A DNA stretch of 64,000 bases, taken from NCBI GenBank assembly GCA_965200215.1, contig OZ241369.1, forward strand, positions 1,754-65,753. Reading direction: 5' to 3'. Position 1 is the first letter of the stretch. Each line of letters opens with the position of its first letter. Below, one piece after another: positions 1 to 9,766 of this stretch. Under the pieces are notes generated by a model, which was not told the origin of the DNA, did not search any database, and was given only the letters and a program-made list of their open reading frames with translations. Source of the DNA: Alphaproteobacteria bacterium. Lineage in GTDB: Bacteria > Pseudomonadota > Alphaproteobacteria > SP197. A program made the position numbers and the translations under genes.

Positions 1-100
1 CGCCCCACCCCCACCGCCAGGCACCGCCGCCCACCACCCGCTCTCACTAACCACTAGCCACCGGCCACCGGCCACTAACCACCCCCCCCCCCCCCCGCCA
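1..100 (+). repeat. Dispersed intergenic repeat copy (C-rich tail, CCACT-type units) ending in a poly-C15 tract (82-96).
   Basis: CCACCGCCAGGCACCGCC...CCGCTCTCACTAACCACTAGCCAC motif shared with >25 other copies in the window; 15 consecutive C at 82-96. Confidence 0.7.
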
Positions 101-137
101 CACTTGCGCCGCCGCCCCCATGCCGCCTACAGTGGCC

Positions 138-236
138 ACCGGAAGGCTGGCCCGGACGGGCCGGCCCGTGAACCCGGTCAGGTCCGGAAGGAAGCAGCCG
201 TAGCGGGATGGGCCCGGGTCGAGCCGGTCTTCCGCA
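138..236 (+). ncRNA. ffs: Signal recognition particle RNA (4.5S, small SRP RNA).
   Basis: Contains the domain IV consensus GGUCAGGUCCGGAAGGAAGCAGCC (172-199). The 5' CGGAAG (140-145) can pair with the 3' CUUCCG (229-234). Sits in the classic position immediately upstream of dnaX. Ends approximate. Confidence 0.75.
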
Positions 237-244
237 TCGCAGCG

Positions 245-2023
245 ATGGCAGAACGGGCAGAGCAGGAACGGGGTCCGGCGGGCGGCGCTTCCGCCTATCG
301 CGTGCTGGCGCGCAAATACCGCCCCACCGCCCTGGACGGCCTGCGCGGCCAGGACGTGCTGGTGCGCACGCTGCGCAACGCCGTCGCCAGCGGCCGCATC
401 GCCCAGGCCTTTCTGCTGGCCGGCGTGCGCGGCGTCGGCAAGACCACCACCGCCCGCATCCTGGCCCGCATGTTGAACTGCGTCGGGCCGGACGCAGCCG
501 GCGGCGTCACGGCCGATCCCTGCGGCGTCTGCGAGCAATGCGCCGCCATCGCCGAAGACCGCCATGTCGACGTGCTGGAGATCGACGCGGCCAGCCATAC
601 CGGCATCGACAACATGCGCGAGCTGCTGGAGGCGGCCCGCTACCGTCCGGTGATGGGGCGCTACCGCATCTATGTCATGGACGAGGTCCACATGCTCTCC
701 AACGCCGCCTTCAACGCCCTGCTGAAGACGCTGGAGGAACCGCCCGAGCATCTGAAATTCGTCTTCGCCACCACCGAGCTGCGCAGGATTCCGGCCACCG
801 TGCTCTCGCGCTGCCAGCGTTTCGATCTGCGCCGCGTCGATGCCGGGGAGCTCGCCGGCTATTTCGCCGCCATCGTCGCCAGCGAGGGCGCCTCCTCGCC
901 GCCCGGCGCCCTGGCGCTGATCGCGCGGGCGGCCGATGGCTCGGTGCGCGACGGCCTCTCGATCCTCGACCAGGCGCTGGCCCGCGGGCGGGGCAGGCTC
1001 GACGAGGAGGATGTGCGCGAGATGCTGGGCCTCGCCGACCGCGGCCTCGTCTTCGACCTCTGCGAGGCGGTCATGGCCGGCGACGCCGCCGCCGCCCTCG
1101 CCAATCTGGAGGGGCAGTACGCCGCCGGCGTCGATCCGGCCGCCGTCCTGGAGGATCTGCTGGCCCTCGCCCACTGGCTCGCCCGCTACAAGGCGGCCCC
1201 GCGCGCCACCGCCCGCGACGCGCCTCAGTTCGAGCGCGAGCGGGGCGCCGCCATGGCCGGCAGGCTGGACATGCCGCAGCTGGTCCGCGCCTGGCAGCTG
1301 CTGCTGAAGGGCATGGAGGAGCTGCGCTGGGCGCCCGACGCGCGCCAGGCCGTCGAGATGACGCTGGTCCGCCTGGCCTACAGCGCCGGCCTGCCCACGC
1401 CTCGGGAGGCGCTGAAGGCGGCGCTCGGCCCCGCGCCCGCCACTCCGCTGCCGCAGGCGCCGCCGGCCCGGCAGGCGGCTGCCCGCCCGCCGCCGCCCGC
1501 GCCGGGACCACCGGCGTTGCCGCCCACGCCGGAGCCACCGCCGCCCGCGCCGGAATCATCGGAGCCGCCGTCCGCGCCGGAGCCGCCGCCGCCCGCCTGC
1601 CCGGCCTCGCCCCTGCCGCACAGCTTCGAGGCGCTGCTGGCGCTGGCCGAGCGGCGCCGCGCCGGCATCCTGCTCGCCCATCTCCGCAACCATGTCCATC
1701 TGGTTTCCTATGCGCCCGGCCGGCTGGCCTTCCGCCCCGGCCAGGGGGCGCCCGCCGGCCTCGACCGCGATCTCGCCACCGCCCTCGAGCGCTGGACCGG
1801 GCAGGCGTGGCAGGTGGAGGTCTCGTCCGACGAGGGCGGCGCCACGGTGGCCGACCGGGAGAGGGAGGCGCGCCGCCGCCGCCTGGACGCGGTGGCGGCC
1901 GAGGCGGACGTAGCGCGCATTCTGGACGGCCTTCCGGGTTCCGAGGTCGTGGCCGTCGACGACGCGCGCGGCGGCTCCCCGGAAGGGGCGCCGGGGGAGG
2001 GGGAGGGGGGGCGACAGCGATGA
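245..2023 (+). CDS. dnaX: DNA polymerase III subunits gamma/tau.
   Basis: Translation has YRVLARKYRP, the Walker A GVRGVGKTTTARILA and the clamp-loader motifs. ORF 104..2023, first ATG at 245. The start could instead lie slightly downstream near the ASAYRVLARKYRP region. Confidence 0.93.
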   Translation: MAERAEQERGPAGGASAYRVLARKYRPTALDGLRGQDVLVRTLRNAVASGRIAQAFLLAGVRGVGKTTTARILARMLNCVGPDAAGGVTADPCGVCEQCAAIAEDRHVDVLEIDAASHTGIDNMRELLEAARYRPVMGRYRIYVMDEVHMLSNAAFNALLKTLEEPPEHLKFVFATTELRRIPATVLSRCQRFDLRRVDAGELAGYFAAIVASEGASSPPGALALIARAADGSVRDGLSILDQALARGRGRLDEEDVREMLGLADRGLVFDLCEAVMAGDAAAALANLEGQYAAGVDPAAVLEDLLALAHWLARYKAAPRATARDAPQFERERGAAMAGRLDMPQLVRAWQLLLKGMEELRWAPDARQAVEMTLVRLAYSAGLPTPREALKAALGPAPATPLPQAPPARQAAARPPPPAPGPPALPPTPEPPPPAPESSEPPSAPEPPPPACPASPLPHSFEALLALAERRRAGILLAHLRNHVHLVSYAPGRLAFRPGQGAPAGLDRDLATALERWTGQAWQVEVSSDEGGATVADREREARRRRLDAVAAEADVARILDGLPGSEVVAVDDARGGSPEGAPGEGEGGRQR

Positions 2024-2376
2024 ATCTCGCGAAGATGATGAAACAGGCTCAGGAATTGCAGGCCAGGGTGGCGGCGCTGCAGGAGCAGCTGGCGGCCGCC
2101 GAGATCGAGGGCAGCGCCGGCGGCGGCATGGTCAGGGCGACGACCGACGGCAGGCACAGGCTCAAGCGCCTGGCCATCGACCCGTCGCTGCTCGTGCCCG
2201 CCGAGGCGGAGGTGCTGGAAGACCTGGTCTGCGCGGCCGTCAACGACGCCCGCACCAGGGCCGAGGAACACGCCAAACGGGAGACCGCGAAGCTCACCGG
2301 CGGCCTCGGCCTGCCGCCGGGCCTCCTCGTGGCGGCGGCCATGCTGTGCGGGCCTCACCTGCCGCTGCCGTTGTGA
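2020..2376 (+). CDS. ybaB: Nucleoid-associated protein YbaB/EbfC.
   Basis: [14 protein letters not shown]...[12 protein letters not shown] is the typical YbaB sequence. ATGA overlap with the dnaX stop. The C-terminal tail is atypical. Confidence 0.85.
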   Translation: MNLAKMMKQAQELQARVAALQEQLAAAEIEGSAGGGMVRATTDGRHRLKRLAIDPSLLVPAEAEVLEDLVCAAVNDARTRAEEHAKRETAKLTGGLGLPPGLLVAAAMLCGPHLPLPL

Positions 2377-2380
2377 CGCC

Positions 2381-2977
2381 GTGGCGGGCGCGGCGGAGAT
2401 CGAGCGTCTGGCGGCGTTGCTGGCCCGCCTGCCGGGGCTGGGCCGGCGCTCGTCGCTGACCGCCGTCCTCCATCTCCTGAACAACCGCGAGCAGCTGCTG
2501 GAGCCGCTGGGCGAGGCGTTGCGGGCGGCGGCCGCGGCCGTCGGCCCCTGCGAAGTCTGCGGCAACCTGGACACGCGCTCGCCCTGCGGCCTCTGCGCCG
2601 ACCCGCGCCGCGACCGCGCCCGCATCTGCGTCGTCGAGGAGGTCGCCGACCTGTGGGCGGTGGAGCGCGCCGGCATCTTCACCGGCCTCTACCACGTCCT
2701 GGGCGGCGCCCTGTCGGCGCTGGACGGCGTCGGCCCCGAACGGCTCGCCATCGCCGGCCTGGTGGCCCGCGCCGGCGCGGCGGAGGTGCGCGAAGTGATC
2801 CTCGCCACCAACGCCACGGTGGACGGCCAGACCACGGCCCATTACCTGGCCGACCGCCTGGCGGCTTCCGCCGTCGAGGTCTCGCGCCTGGCCCTGGGAG
2901 TGCCGGTGGGCAGCGAGCTCAACTATCTCGACGAAGGCACCCTGCGCCAGGCATTCCAAGCCCGCCGCGCCCCATAG
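2381..2977 (+). CDS. recR: Recombination protein RecR (GTG start).
   Basis: N-terminal [17 protein letters not shown] HhH motif, a C4 zinc finger ([16 protein letters not shown]) and a Toprim-like C-terminus. Conserved dnaX–ybaB–recR synteny. Confidence 0.9.
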   Translation: MAGAAEIERLAALLARLPGLGRRSSLTAVLHLLNNREQLLEPLGEALRAAAAAVGPCEVCGNLDTRSPCGLCADPRRDRARICVVEEVADLWAVERAGIFTGLYHVLGGALSALDGVGPERLAIAGLVARAGAAEVREVILATNATVDGQTTAHYLADRLAASAVEVSRLALGVPVGSELNYLDEGTLRQAFQARRAP

Positions 2978-2994
2978 AGGGCGCCAAACCGTCC

Positions 2995-3144
2995 ATCCCC
3001 TATATCATCGCAAATCCCCCATTTCATGGAGGATTTACAAGTATTCTCCTTTGTATCATCGCAAATCAACCACTCCACCGATGGACTGCAAGCATAATCC
3101 CCCGTATCATCGCAAATCCCCCACCCCCCGGGAGATTTGCTGGC
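2995..3144 (+). promoter_or_regulatory. Three direct copies of TATCATCGCAAATC(C/A) spaced about 53 bp apart, in a lower-GC patch just upstream of the ATPase gene. Copies 1 and 3 are embedded in imperfect palindromes (GCAAATCC...GGATTT).
   Basis: Direct repeats at ~2999, ~3052 and ~3103. Local GC is clearly below the window average. The third copy abuts the ATG at 3145. Confidence 0.45.
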
Positions 3145-4317
3145 ATGATCCCCCGCCTCGCCACCCAGGACATCGAAGACGCCCTGCGCCGCCAGGCCGC
3201 CGTCGCCCTGGTCGGGCCGCGCCAGGTCGGCAAGACGACGCTGGCCATGGAGATCGGCCGCGCCCGCGGCGCCCTCTATCTCGACCTCGAAGACCGCGAC
3301 GACCGCGACCGTCTCGCCGAGCCGGCGCTGTTCCTCGACGCCATGGAGGACCGCCTCGTCGTCCTCGACGAAATCCACCGCCTGCCGGAACTCTTCCGGA
3401 CCCTGCGCGGGGCGATCGACAGAGGCCGCCGCCGGGGCAGGGGCAGGGGCCGTTTCCTGGTTCTGGGTTCGGCGTCCCTCGACCTGCTCCGCGGATCCGG
3501 CGAGACGCTGGCCGGGCGCATCGCCTATGTGGACATGGCGCCGCTGTCCGCCCTCGAAGTGGAGGACGACCGCAGGGAGCGCGAGAAGCTGTGGCTGCGC
3601 GGCGGCTTTCCGGAGAGCTTCCTGGCCGATTGCGACCGCGACAGCCTGGCGCTGCGCCGGGACTTCATCCGCAGCTATCTGGAACGGGAGGTGGCGATCT
3701 TCGGCCCGCGCGTTCCGGCCACTGCCCTGGAGCGCCTGTGGACGATGCTGGCGCACCGCCAGGGCGGCCTGCTGAACGTGGCGGCCCTCGCCAGGGCGCT
3801 GGAGGTCAGCACCCAGTCGACAGGCCGCTACATCGACCTGCTGGCGGACCTGCTGCTGCTGCGCCGCCTGCCGCCGCTCAAGGCCAATGTCGGCAAGCGC
3901 CTGGTGAAGTCGCCCAAGCTCTACGTGCGGGACAGCGGCCTGCTGCACGCGCTGCTGGGCCTGGGCTCCCTGGAACAGCTGGCGGGGCATCCGGTGGTCG
4001 GCGCCAGCTGGGAGGGCCACGTCGTCGAAACGCTGCTTTCCGTGTTGCCGCCGCTGGCGCGGGCGTCCTTCTACCGCACGGCCGCCGGGGCGGAGGTCGA
4101 TCTCGCCATCGAGCATCCCGGCGGCGGCCTGTGGGCGATCGAGATCAAGCGTTCGCTGGCCGCCAGGGTCAGCCGGGGCTTCCATCAGGCCTGCACCGAT
4201 CTGCGCCCGGCGCGGGCCTTCGTCGCCCATGCCGGCGAGGACCGCTATCCGGTCGGCGAGGGCGTGGAGGCCATCGGCGTCCGCGCCCTAGCCGCAACCC
4301 TGCGCGCCGAAGCCTAG
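3145..4317 (+). CDS. AAA+ ATPase of the DUF4143 family (ATP-binding protein).
   Basis: Walker A GPRQVGKTT, Walker B LVVLDEIH and the typical DUF4143 C-terminal region. ATG at 3145 within ORF 2653..4317. Confidence 0.85.
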   Translation: MIPRLATQDIEDALRRQAAVALVGPRQVGKTTLAMEIGRARGALYLDLEDRDDRDRLAEPALFLDAMEDRLVVLDEIHRLPELFRTLRGAIDRGRRRGRGRGRFLVLGSASLDLLRGSGETLAGRIAYVDMAPLSALEVEDDRREREKLWLRGGFPESFLADCDRDSLALRRDFIRSYLEREVAIFGPRVPATALERLWTMLAHRQGGLLNVAALARALEVSTQSTGRYIDLLADLLLLRRLPPLKANVGKRLVKSPKLYVRDSGLLHALLGLGSLEQLAGHPVVGASWEGHVVETLLSVLPPLARASFYRTAAGAEVDLAIEHPGGGLWAIEIKRSLAARVSRGFHQACTDLRPARAFVAHAGEDRYPVGEGVEAIGVRALAATLRAEA

Positions 4318-4319
4318 CG

Positions 4320-4595
4320 CCCCGGCCTGAAAAGCCTGCCGCTTGGCCCCCACACCCCAGGCGTCCCGCGCCCAGGCACCGCCGCCAGCGTCACGCCCCC
4401 GGCGGGCCGCCAGGCCCGCCCACGCACTATCCCGAGCGCCGGCGTCCCGCCGGCAACGGGCCGCAGGCCCGTCGACGCACCGCCCCAGGCCACCCGCTCT
4501 CACTAACCACTGGCCACCGACCACTAGCCACAGCGGCCAGCCCCGAAATCGCAACCGATACCCGGCCCCGAGGGTAGCCCCCCGCCGCGGACCGC
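4320..4595 (+). repeat. Dispersed intergenic repeat copy (core + CCACT tail), + orientation.
   Basis: Contains GAGCGCCGGCGTCCCGCCGGCAACGGGCCGCAGGCCCGTCGACGCACC followed by CCGCTCTCACTAACCACTGGCCAC. Confidence 0.8.
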
Positions 4596-5693
4596 CTAGT
4601 ACCCGGCCTTGACCTCCTCGAACAGGGCCTGCAGCTCCGTCTGCCCCTTGATCGACAGCTGGTAGATGCCGGCCGAGAGGATCTCCTCCGGGTTCTTGGA
4701 GAGGCCGAGGGCGGCCAGGGTCTCCTCGCTCACCCGGTCGAAGGCCGACTTGGTGGCGGCGCCATAGCCGAAATTCTCGATCTCCCAGGCGCGGGAACGC
4801 GGGTCCAGGAAGGCGTCGATCAGCTGATGCGCCTTTTCCCGGAACGGCGTGCCGGCGACGATGGAAAGCCCGCACACCCAGGTCATGGCCCCTTCCTTCG
4901 GGTTCATGTAGGCGATGGGCAGCCCCATCTCCTTCAGGCGCACCACCGATTCGTTCCAGGTGGTGGCCGCCACCAGCTCGCCGCTGGCGATGCCCTGCTC
5001 CAGGGTGGTGACGTCGTTGGAGTAGTAGCGGATGTTGGCGGTCAGCTCCCGCAGGCGCGGGCGGATGGCGTCCAGCGCCTCCTGGCTGGAATAGTCGAAG
5101 GGGTCTTCCATCCCCTCGACGATGCCGGCGATCACCGCCCCGTCCACCAGGCTGTCGAAGACGGCCAGGCGGCCCTTGTATTTGGGATCCCACAGCATCT
5201 CCCAGGTCTCGTTGCCGACATATTCGGGCGCCAGGTCGGTGCGGTAGGTGATGGAGGTCTGCCCCCAGTCGATGGGAACCCAATAGCGCTTGCCGTCCAC
5301 CACGCTGCCGGGCACGCCGCGCATGCTCTCCATCACGTCTTCCCAGTTGCTGAGCAGCGAGGTGTCGATGGGGTCGAGGATGCCGGCGTTGAACCACTTC
5401 TCGATCTTGTAGTTGCAGGGGAAGATCACGTCCGGGTTGTAGCCGGCGCGGATCTTGGCCAGCGCCTCTTCCTCGTCGCCCCAGAAGGAGATGTTGGGCG
5501 AGGTGCCGTAGCGCTCGACATAGGCGGGAAACAGGTTCTGGTCGTCATAGCCGTTCCAGCCGAAGAAGGTCGGGTGCTCGCTGTCCTGCGCCCGGGCCGT
5601 CACGGGCCAGGCGGTGGCCACCACCCCCAGGGCGGAGAGGGCTTTCAGCGCCTGGCGCCGGCTGGGCGCGAAGCCGTGTTTGGTCGTCTGCAT
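4596..5693 (-). CDS. ABC transporter periplasmic substrate-binding protein (polyamine/PotD-like family 1 SBP) with a Tat-type signal peptide.
   Basis: Start MQTTKHGFAPSRRQALKALSALGVVATAWPVTARA (twin-arginine). SBP family 1 fold motifs. No cognate permease or ATPase gene is adjacent. Confidence 0.85.
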   Translation of the reverse strand: MQTTKHGFAPSRRQALKALSALGVVATAWPVTARAQDSEHPTFFGWNGYDDQNLFPAYVERYGTSPNISFWGDEEEALAKIRAGYNPDVIFPCNYKIEKWFNAGILDPIDTSLLSNWEDVMESMRGVPGSVVDGKRYWVPIDWGQTSITYRTDLAPEYVGNETWEMLWDPKYKGRLAVFDSLVDGAVIAGIVEGMEDPFDYSSQEALDAIRPRLRELTANIRYYSNDVTTLEQGIASGELVAATTWNESVVRLKEMGLPIAYMNPKEGAMTWVCGLSIVAGTPFREKAHQLIDAFLDPRSRAWEIENFGYGAATKSAFDRVSEETLAALGLSKNPEEILSAGIYQLSIKGQTELQALFEEVKAGY

Positions 5694-5699
5694 GAGAAC

Positions 5700-6125
5700 C
5701 TCCCGGAAATGTGATTCTGCGACGCCCGCCATCATGCCGCAGCGCCCGCCACCATGCAAGCACGCCCGCCAGCCCAGAGCAAACACCCCCCACCGCCCTT
5801 TGGCACCGCCACCCGCACCCCAGGCCCCGACCAAGCGTCCCGCCGTCCGGCCCACCCACGCACCGACCGAGCGTCCCGTCCCCCAGGCACTATCGCCAGC
5901 GTCACGCCCCCCGGCGGGCCGAAAGGCCCGCCCACACACCATCCCGAGCGCCGGCGTCCCGCCGGCAAACGGGCCGCAAGGCCCGTCAACGCACCACCCC
6001 CCACCGCCAGGCACCGCCGCCAGGCACCACCGTCCACCCCCGCTCTCACTGGCTACCGGCCACTGGCTACTGGCCACTAGCCACCAACCACCACCCACTA
6101 ACCACCGCGCCGCCCCCCACGCCAG
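5700..6125 (+). repeat. Dispersed intergenic repeat, about two core units plus a long CCACT/GCCACT tail, + orientation.
   Basis: GGGCCGAAAGGCCCGCC and GGGCCGCAAGGCCCGTCAACGCACC cores, followed by CACTGGCTACCGGCCACTGGCTACTGGCCACTAGCCACC. Confidence 0.8.
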
Positions 6126-6138
6126 ACCCCCACGCCCG

Positions 6139-7287
6139 TCAGCCTCGCCTTTCGGGCGCCGCGCCGGGCGCGTCGAACAACCCTTCGCCGGCCCCGCCGC
6201 CGCTCCCTTCGGCCAGGGCGGGCGGGGCGTCTTCCTCCATCTCCAGCTCGGCGATCTTCTCGGCTCTGTCGACGATCTTGCCGGTGGAGATGCGGATCTG
6301 GCGCACGTCTTCTTCCGTCTGGCCGAAATGCCTGCCCAGCTGGCCGACCCGCTCGTCCAGGCGGCGCACGTCGTCCATCACCTTCATCAGCTCCTGCTGG
6401 ATGAGGCCCGCCTGCTCGCGCATCCGGGCGTCCTTCAGCACCGCGCGCACGGTGTTCAGCGTCGCCATCAGCGTCGTCGGCGAGACGATGAAGACGCGGC
6501 GGCGGAAGGACTCCTCCACCACGCTGCCATGGCGGGCGTGGAGTTCGGCATAGACCGCCTCGCTGGGCAGGAACATGATCGCCTGATCCGCCGTCTCGCC
6601 GGGCAGGATGTATTTTCCGGCGATGTCCCGGATATGCTTCGCCACGTCGCCGCGAAAGTCGCGCCCGGCCCTGGCCTTCTCCTCCGGCGTGGCGGCGTCC
6701 TGCAGCCGGCGGTAGCCGTCCAGCGGGAATTTGGCGTCCACCGCGATCGCCCCCGGCGGGTTGGGCAGCTTCAGCAGGCAATCGGGCCGGCTGCCATTGC
6801 CGAGCGTCGCCTGCAGGGCATAGGCGCTGGGCGGCAGGATGTCGGCGACCAGGTCGGCGAGCTGCATCTCGCCGAAGGCGCCGCGGCTCTGCTTGTCGGA
6901 GAGGATGTCCTGCAGGCCGACGATCTGGCTGCCCAGCGACTGGATGTTCTGCTGAGCCGCGTCGATCACCGCCAGCCGCTCCTGCAGCTTGCCCATCGTC
7001 TCCATCGTCTGCTTCGTGGATTCGTGGAGCGAGCTGCCGACCCGCTGGCCGATGCCGTCGAGCCGCTGGCCCAGGCTGTCGGAAAGCGCCTGTTGCGAGG
7101 CCTGGCCGCTCTGGGCGAGCCGGTCGAGGCGGTCGGCCAGGGCGGCGTTCTCGGCCTTCATATGCTCGGCCACCCGCTGGGCGAGCGCCCCGTCGCCGCC
7201 CTGCTGCCCATCCCGCCGCCCATGCACGAAGACGGCCACCGCCACGGCCGCCAGCGCCACCAGTACCGCGATCTCGAATACGCCCAT
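6139..7287 (-). CDS. rmuC: DNA recombination protein RmuC.
   Basis: N-terminal TM helix followed by a long coiled coil, with conserved RmuC C-terminal motifs (FLPSEAVYAEL, VSPTTLMATL). Confidence 0.9.
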   Translation of the reverse strand: MGVFEIAVLVALAAVAVAVFVHGRRDGQQGGDGALAQRVAEHMKAENAALADRLDRLAQSGQASQQALSDSLGQRLDGIGQRVGSSLHESTKQTMETMGKLQERLAVIDAAQQNIQSLGSQIVGLQDILSDKQSRGAFGEMQLADLVADILPPSAYALQATLGNGSRPDCLLKLPNPPGAIAVDAKFPLDGYRRLQDAATPEEKARAGRDFRGDVAKHIRDIAGKYILPGETADQAIMFLPSEAVYAELHARHGSVVEESFRRRVFIVSPTTLMATLNTVRAVLKDARMREQAGLIQQELMKVMDDVRRLDERVGQLGRHFGQTEEDVRQIRISTGKIVDRAEKIAELEMEEDAPPALAEGSGGGAGEGLFDAPGAAPERRG

Positions 7288-7372
7288 CTCTCCCCCTTAA
7301 CCACGCCTGCCACCGTCATTATAGTGTGGGGCCGCGCCACACGGGCTCCCGCCCCGGGATCCTCCTCGAGCC

Positions 7373-7882
7373 ATGGCCATCCTGCCCATCGTCCACGCTC
7401 CCGATCCGCGCCTGCGGGCCGTCTCCGCGCCCGTGACGGCGGTGGACGCATCCGTCCGCCGGCTGATGGAGGACATGCTGGCCACCATGTATGCCGAGCC
7501 CGGCATCGGCCTGTCGGCGGTGCAGGTGGGCGTGCCGAAGCGCGTCGTCGTGGTCGATGTCGGCGAGGGGCCGCTGCGCATGGCCAACCCGCGCATCCTG
7601 CGCTTTTCGCCCCAAACGGCGCTCCTCGAGGAAGGCTGCCTGTCGCTGCCCGAACAGTTCGCCGCCATCGAGCGCCCGGCCGCCATCGAGCTGCGCTATC
7701 TCGACCAGCGCGGCGAGCCCCGCCGGCTGGCGGCCGACGGCCTGCTGGCCCGCTGCATCCAGCACGAGCTCGACCATCTCGAAGGCGTGCTGCTCATCGA
7801 CCGCCTTTCGGCGCTGAAGCGCGGCATCGTCCTGCGCCGCCTCGCCAAGCGGAAGAAGGCGCAGCTGCGGGAGAGCGCGTGA
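7373..7882 (+). CDS. def: Peptide deformylase.
   Basis: GIGLSAVQVG, EGCLSLP and QHELDHLEG metal-binding motifs. Confidence 0.95.
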   Translation: MAILPIVHAPDPRLRAVSAPVTAVDASVRRLMEDMLATMYAEPGIGLSAVQVGVPKRVVVVDVGEGPLRMANPRILRFSPQTALLEEGCLSLPEQFAAIERPAAIELRYLDQRGEPRRLAADGLLARCIQHELDHLEGVLLIDRLSALKRGIVLRRLAKRKKAQLRESA

Positions 7883-8787
7883 GGCTCGCCTTCATGGGCG
7901 CGGCCCGCTTCGCCGTTCCCGCCCTGGAGGCGCTGGCCGCCTCGGGCCACGAGATCGCTTGCGTCTACAGCCAGCCGCCGCGCCCGGCCGGGCGCGGGCG
8001 CCGCCTGCGGGCGACGCCGGTGGCCCAACGGGCGGCGGAGCTGGGGCTGGATCTGCGCGTCCCCACCGCCCTCGCCGGCGAAGAGGCGGCCTTCGCGGCC
8101 CTGGGCGTGGAGGCGGCCGTGGTCGCCGCCTATGGGCTGCTGCTGCCGCCGCCGTTGCTGGCGGCCCCGCCGCTGGGCTGCATCAACCTGCACCCCTCGC
8201 TGCTGCCGCGCTGGCGCGGCGCCGCGCCGATCGCTCACGCCATCCTGGCCGGCGACCGCGAGACCGGCATGACCGTCATGCGCATGGATGCCGGCCTCGA
8301 TACCGGCCCCATCCTGGCCCAGCGCCGCCTGCCGCTGCCGGCCCGCGCCACGGCCCCCGCCCTGGAGGCGCAGCTGGCGCAGCTGGGCGCCGCCATGGCG
8401 GTGGAGGTGCTGGCGGCCCTGGCGGCCGGACGGGCCCGCCCGCGCCCGCAGCCGGCCCGGGGCGCCACCCATGCCGCCCGGCTCGCCCGCGCCGACGGGC
8501 GCCTGGACTGGCGCCGCCCGGCCGAGGCCATCGATCGGCAGGTGAGGGCGTTTTCGCCCTGGCCCGGCGCCTTCACCGGGGCCGGCGGCGTGACCGTCAA
8601 GGTGCTGGAAGCCCATCCCGCCGCCGGCAGCGGCCGTCCGGGCGAGCTGCTCGACCGGGAGCTGACCGTCGCCTGCGGCGCCGGCGCCCTGCGGCTGGCG
8701 AAGGTGCAGCGTCCCGGCCGTCCGCCCACCGGCGGCCCCGCCTTCCTGCGCGGCCTGCGGCTGCGGCCGGGCGCCGTCTTCGGCTGA
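7879..8787 (+). CDS. fmt: Methionyl-tRNA formyltransferase (GTG start overlapping the def stop).
   Basis: [16 protein letters not shown]...[17 protein letters not shown] is the formyltransferase signature. def–fmt operon. Confidence 0.9.
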   Translation: MRLAFMGAARFAVPALEALAASGHEIACVYSQPPRPAGRGRRLRATPVAQRAAELGLDLRVPTALAGEEAAFAALGVEAAVVAAYGLLLPPPLLAAPPLGCINLHPSLLPRWRGAAPIAHAILAGDRETGMTVMRMDAGLDTGPILAQRRLPLPARATAPALEAQLAQLGAAMAVEVLAALAAGRARPRPQPARGATHAARLARADGRLDWRRPAEAIDRQVRAFSPWPGAFTGAGGVTVKVLEAHPAAGSGRPGELLDRELTVACGAGALRLAKVQRPGRPPTGGPAFLRGLRLRPGAVFG

Positions 8788-8791
8788 AGCC

Positions 8792-9541
8792 GTGGCCCGC
8801 TACCGCCTGTTGCTGGAATACGACGGCGCCGGCTTTGTCGGCTGGCAGCGCCAGCGCCACGGCCCCTCCATCCAGCAGGCCCTGGAGCGCGCCTTCCACG
8901 CCTTCTGCGGCCAGGCGGCGGTGCCGGTGGCCGCCGGGCGCACCGATGCCGGCGTCCACGCCCTGGGCCAGGTGGCGCATGTCGATCTGGACCGCGAATG
9001 GCCCGCCGCCACCATCCGCGACGCCCTCAACAGCCATCTGCGGCCCGCCGCCATCGTCGTCCTGGCGGCCGCCAGGGTCGGCGACCGCTTCCACGCCCGC
9101 TTCGACGCCGTGGAACGGGCCTATCTCTACCGCATCGCCGCCCGCCGGGCGCCGCCGGCCCTGCAGCGCGGCCGCGTCTGGCACCTGCCGCGCCCGCTCG
9201 CCGCCGGGGCCATGCACGAGGCGGCGCAGCGCCTGGTGGGCCGCCACGACTTCAGCACCTTCCGCGCCGCCCAGTGCCAGGCGGCCTCGCCGCTGAAGAC
9301 CCTGGACGCGCTGACGGTGGCCGCCGAGGGCTGCGAGGTCGTGGTCCGCGCCCGCGCCCGTTCCTTCCTGCACCGCCAGATGCGCTCCATGGTCGGCGCG
9401 CTGCGGCTGGTAGGCGAGGGCCGGTGGAGCGCCGACGACCTCGCCGCCGCCCTCGCGGCCCGCGACCGCCGCGCCTGCCCCCCCATAGCCCCCGCCCAAG
9501 GCCTCTACCTGGCCGCCATCCGCTACCAAAGCGAAAGGTGA
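8792..9541 (+). CDS. truA: tRNA pseudouridine(38-40) synthase TruA (GTG start).
   Basis: [18 protein letters not shown] and the catalytic GRTDAGVHA motif. Confidence 0.9.
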   Translation: MARYRLLLEYDGAGFVGWQRQRHGPSIQQALERAFHAFCGQAAVPVAAGRTDAGVHALGQVAHVDLDREWPAATIRDALNSHLRPAAIVVLAAARVGDRFHARFDAVERAYLYRIAARRAPPALQRGRVWHLPRPLAAGAMHEAAQRLVGRHDFSTFRAAQCQAASPLKTLDALTVAAEGCEVVVRARARSFLHRQMRSMVGALRLVGEGRWSADDLAAALAARDRRACPPIAPAQGLYLAAIRYQSER

Positions 9542-9544
9542 GGG

Positions 9545-9765
9545 ACCCGCCGGGCACCGCCGCCAGCCACACGCCTCTGGAAGCGCCGAACCCCCACCGC
9601 CAGGCACCGCCCCCACCACCGGCGCCCCCCTGGGAGCGCCGGCGTCCCGCCGGCAAACGGGCCGCAGGCCCGTCGACGCACCACACGCCCGCCGCCAGGC
9701 ACCACCCCCACCACCGCTCTCACTAACCACTAACCACTGACCACCGGCCACCGGCCACTACCCCC
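9545..9765 (+). repeat. Dispersed intergenic repeat copy, + orientation.
   Basis: CCCTGGGAGCGCCGGCGTCCCGCCGGCAAACGGGCCGCAGGCCCGTCGACGCACC plus a CTCACTAACCACTAACCACTGACCACCGGCCAC tail. Confidence 0.8.
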
Positions 9766-9766
9766 C

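Noticed and set aside
208-2376. 722-aa + strand ORF spanning dnaX
   Set aside because: It is Arg/Pro/Gly-rich and low-complexity, the product of the wrong reading frame of GC-rich dnaX. Only its last 118 codons (2020..2376) are a real gene (ybaB).
5614-8787. 1057-aa + strand ORF
   Set aside because: The N-terminal 750 aa run through the intergenic repeats and antisense to rmuC in the def frame without coding signal. Only the last ~300 codons (fmt, starting 7879) are genuine.
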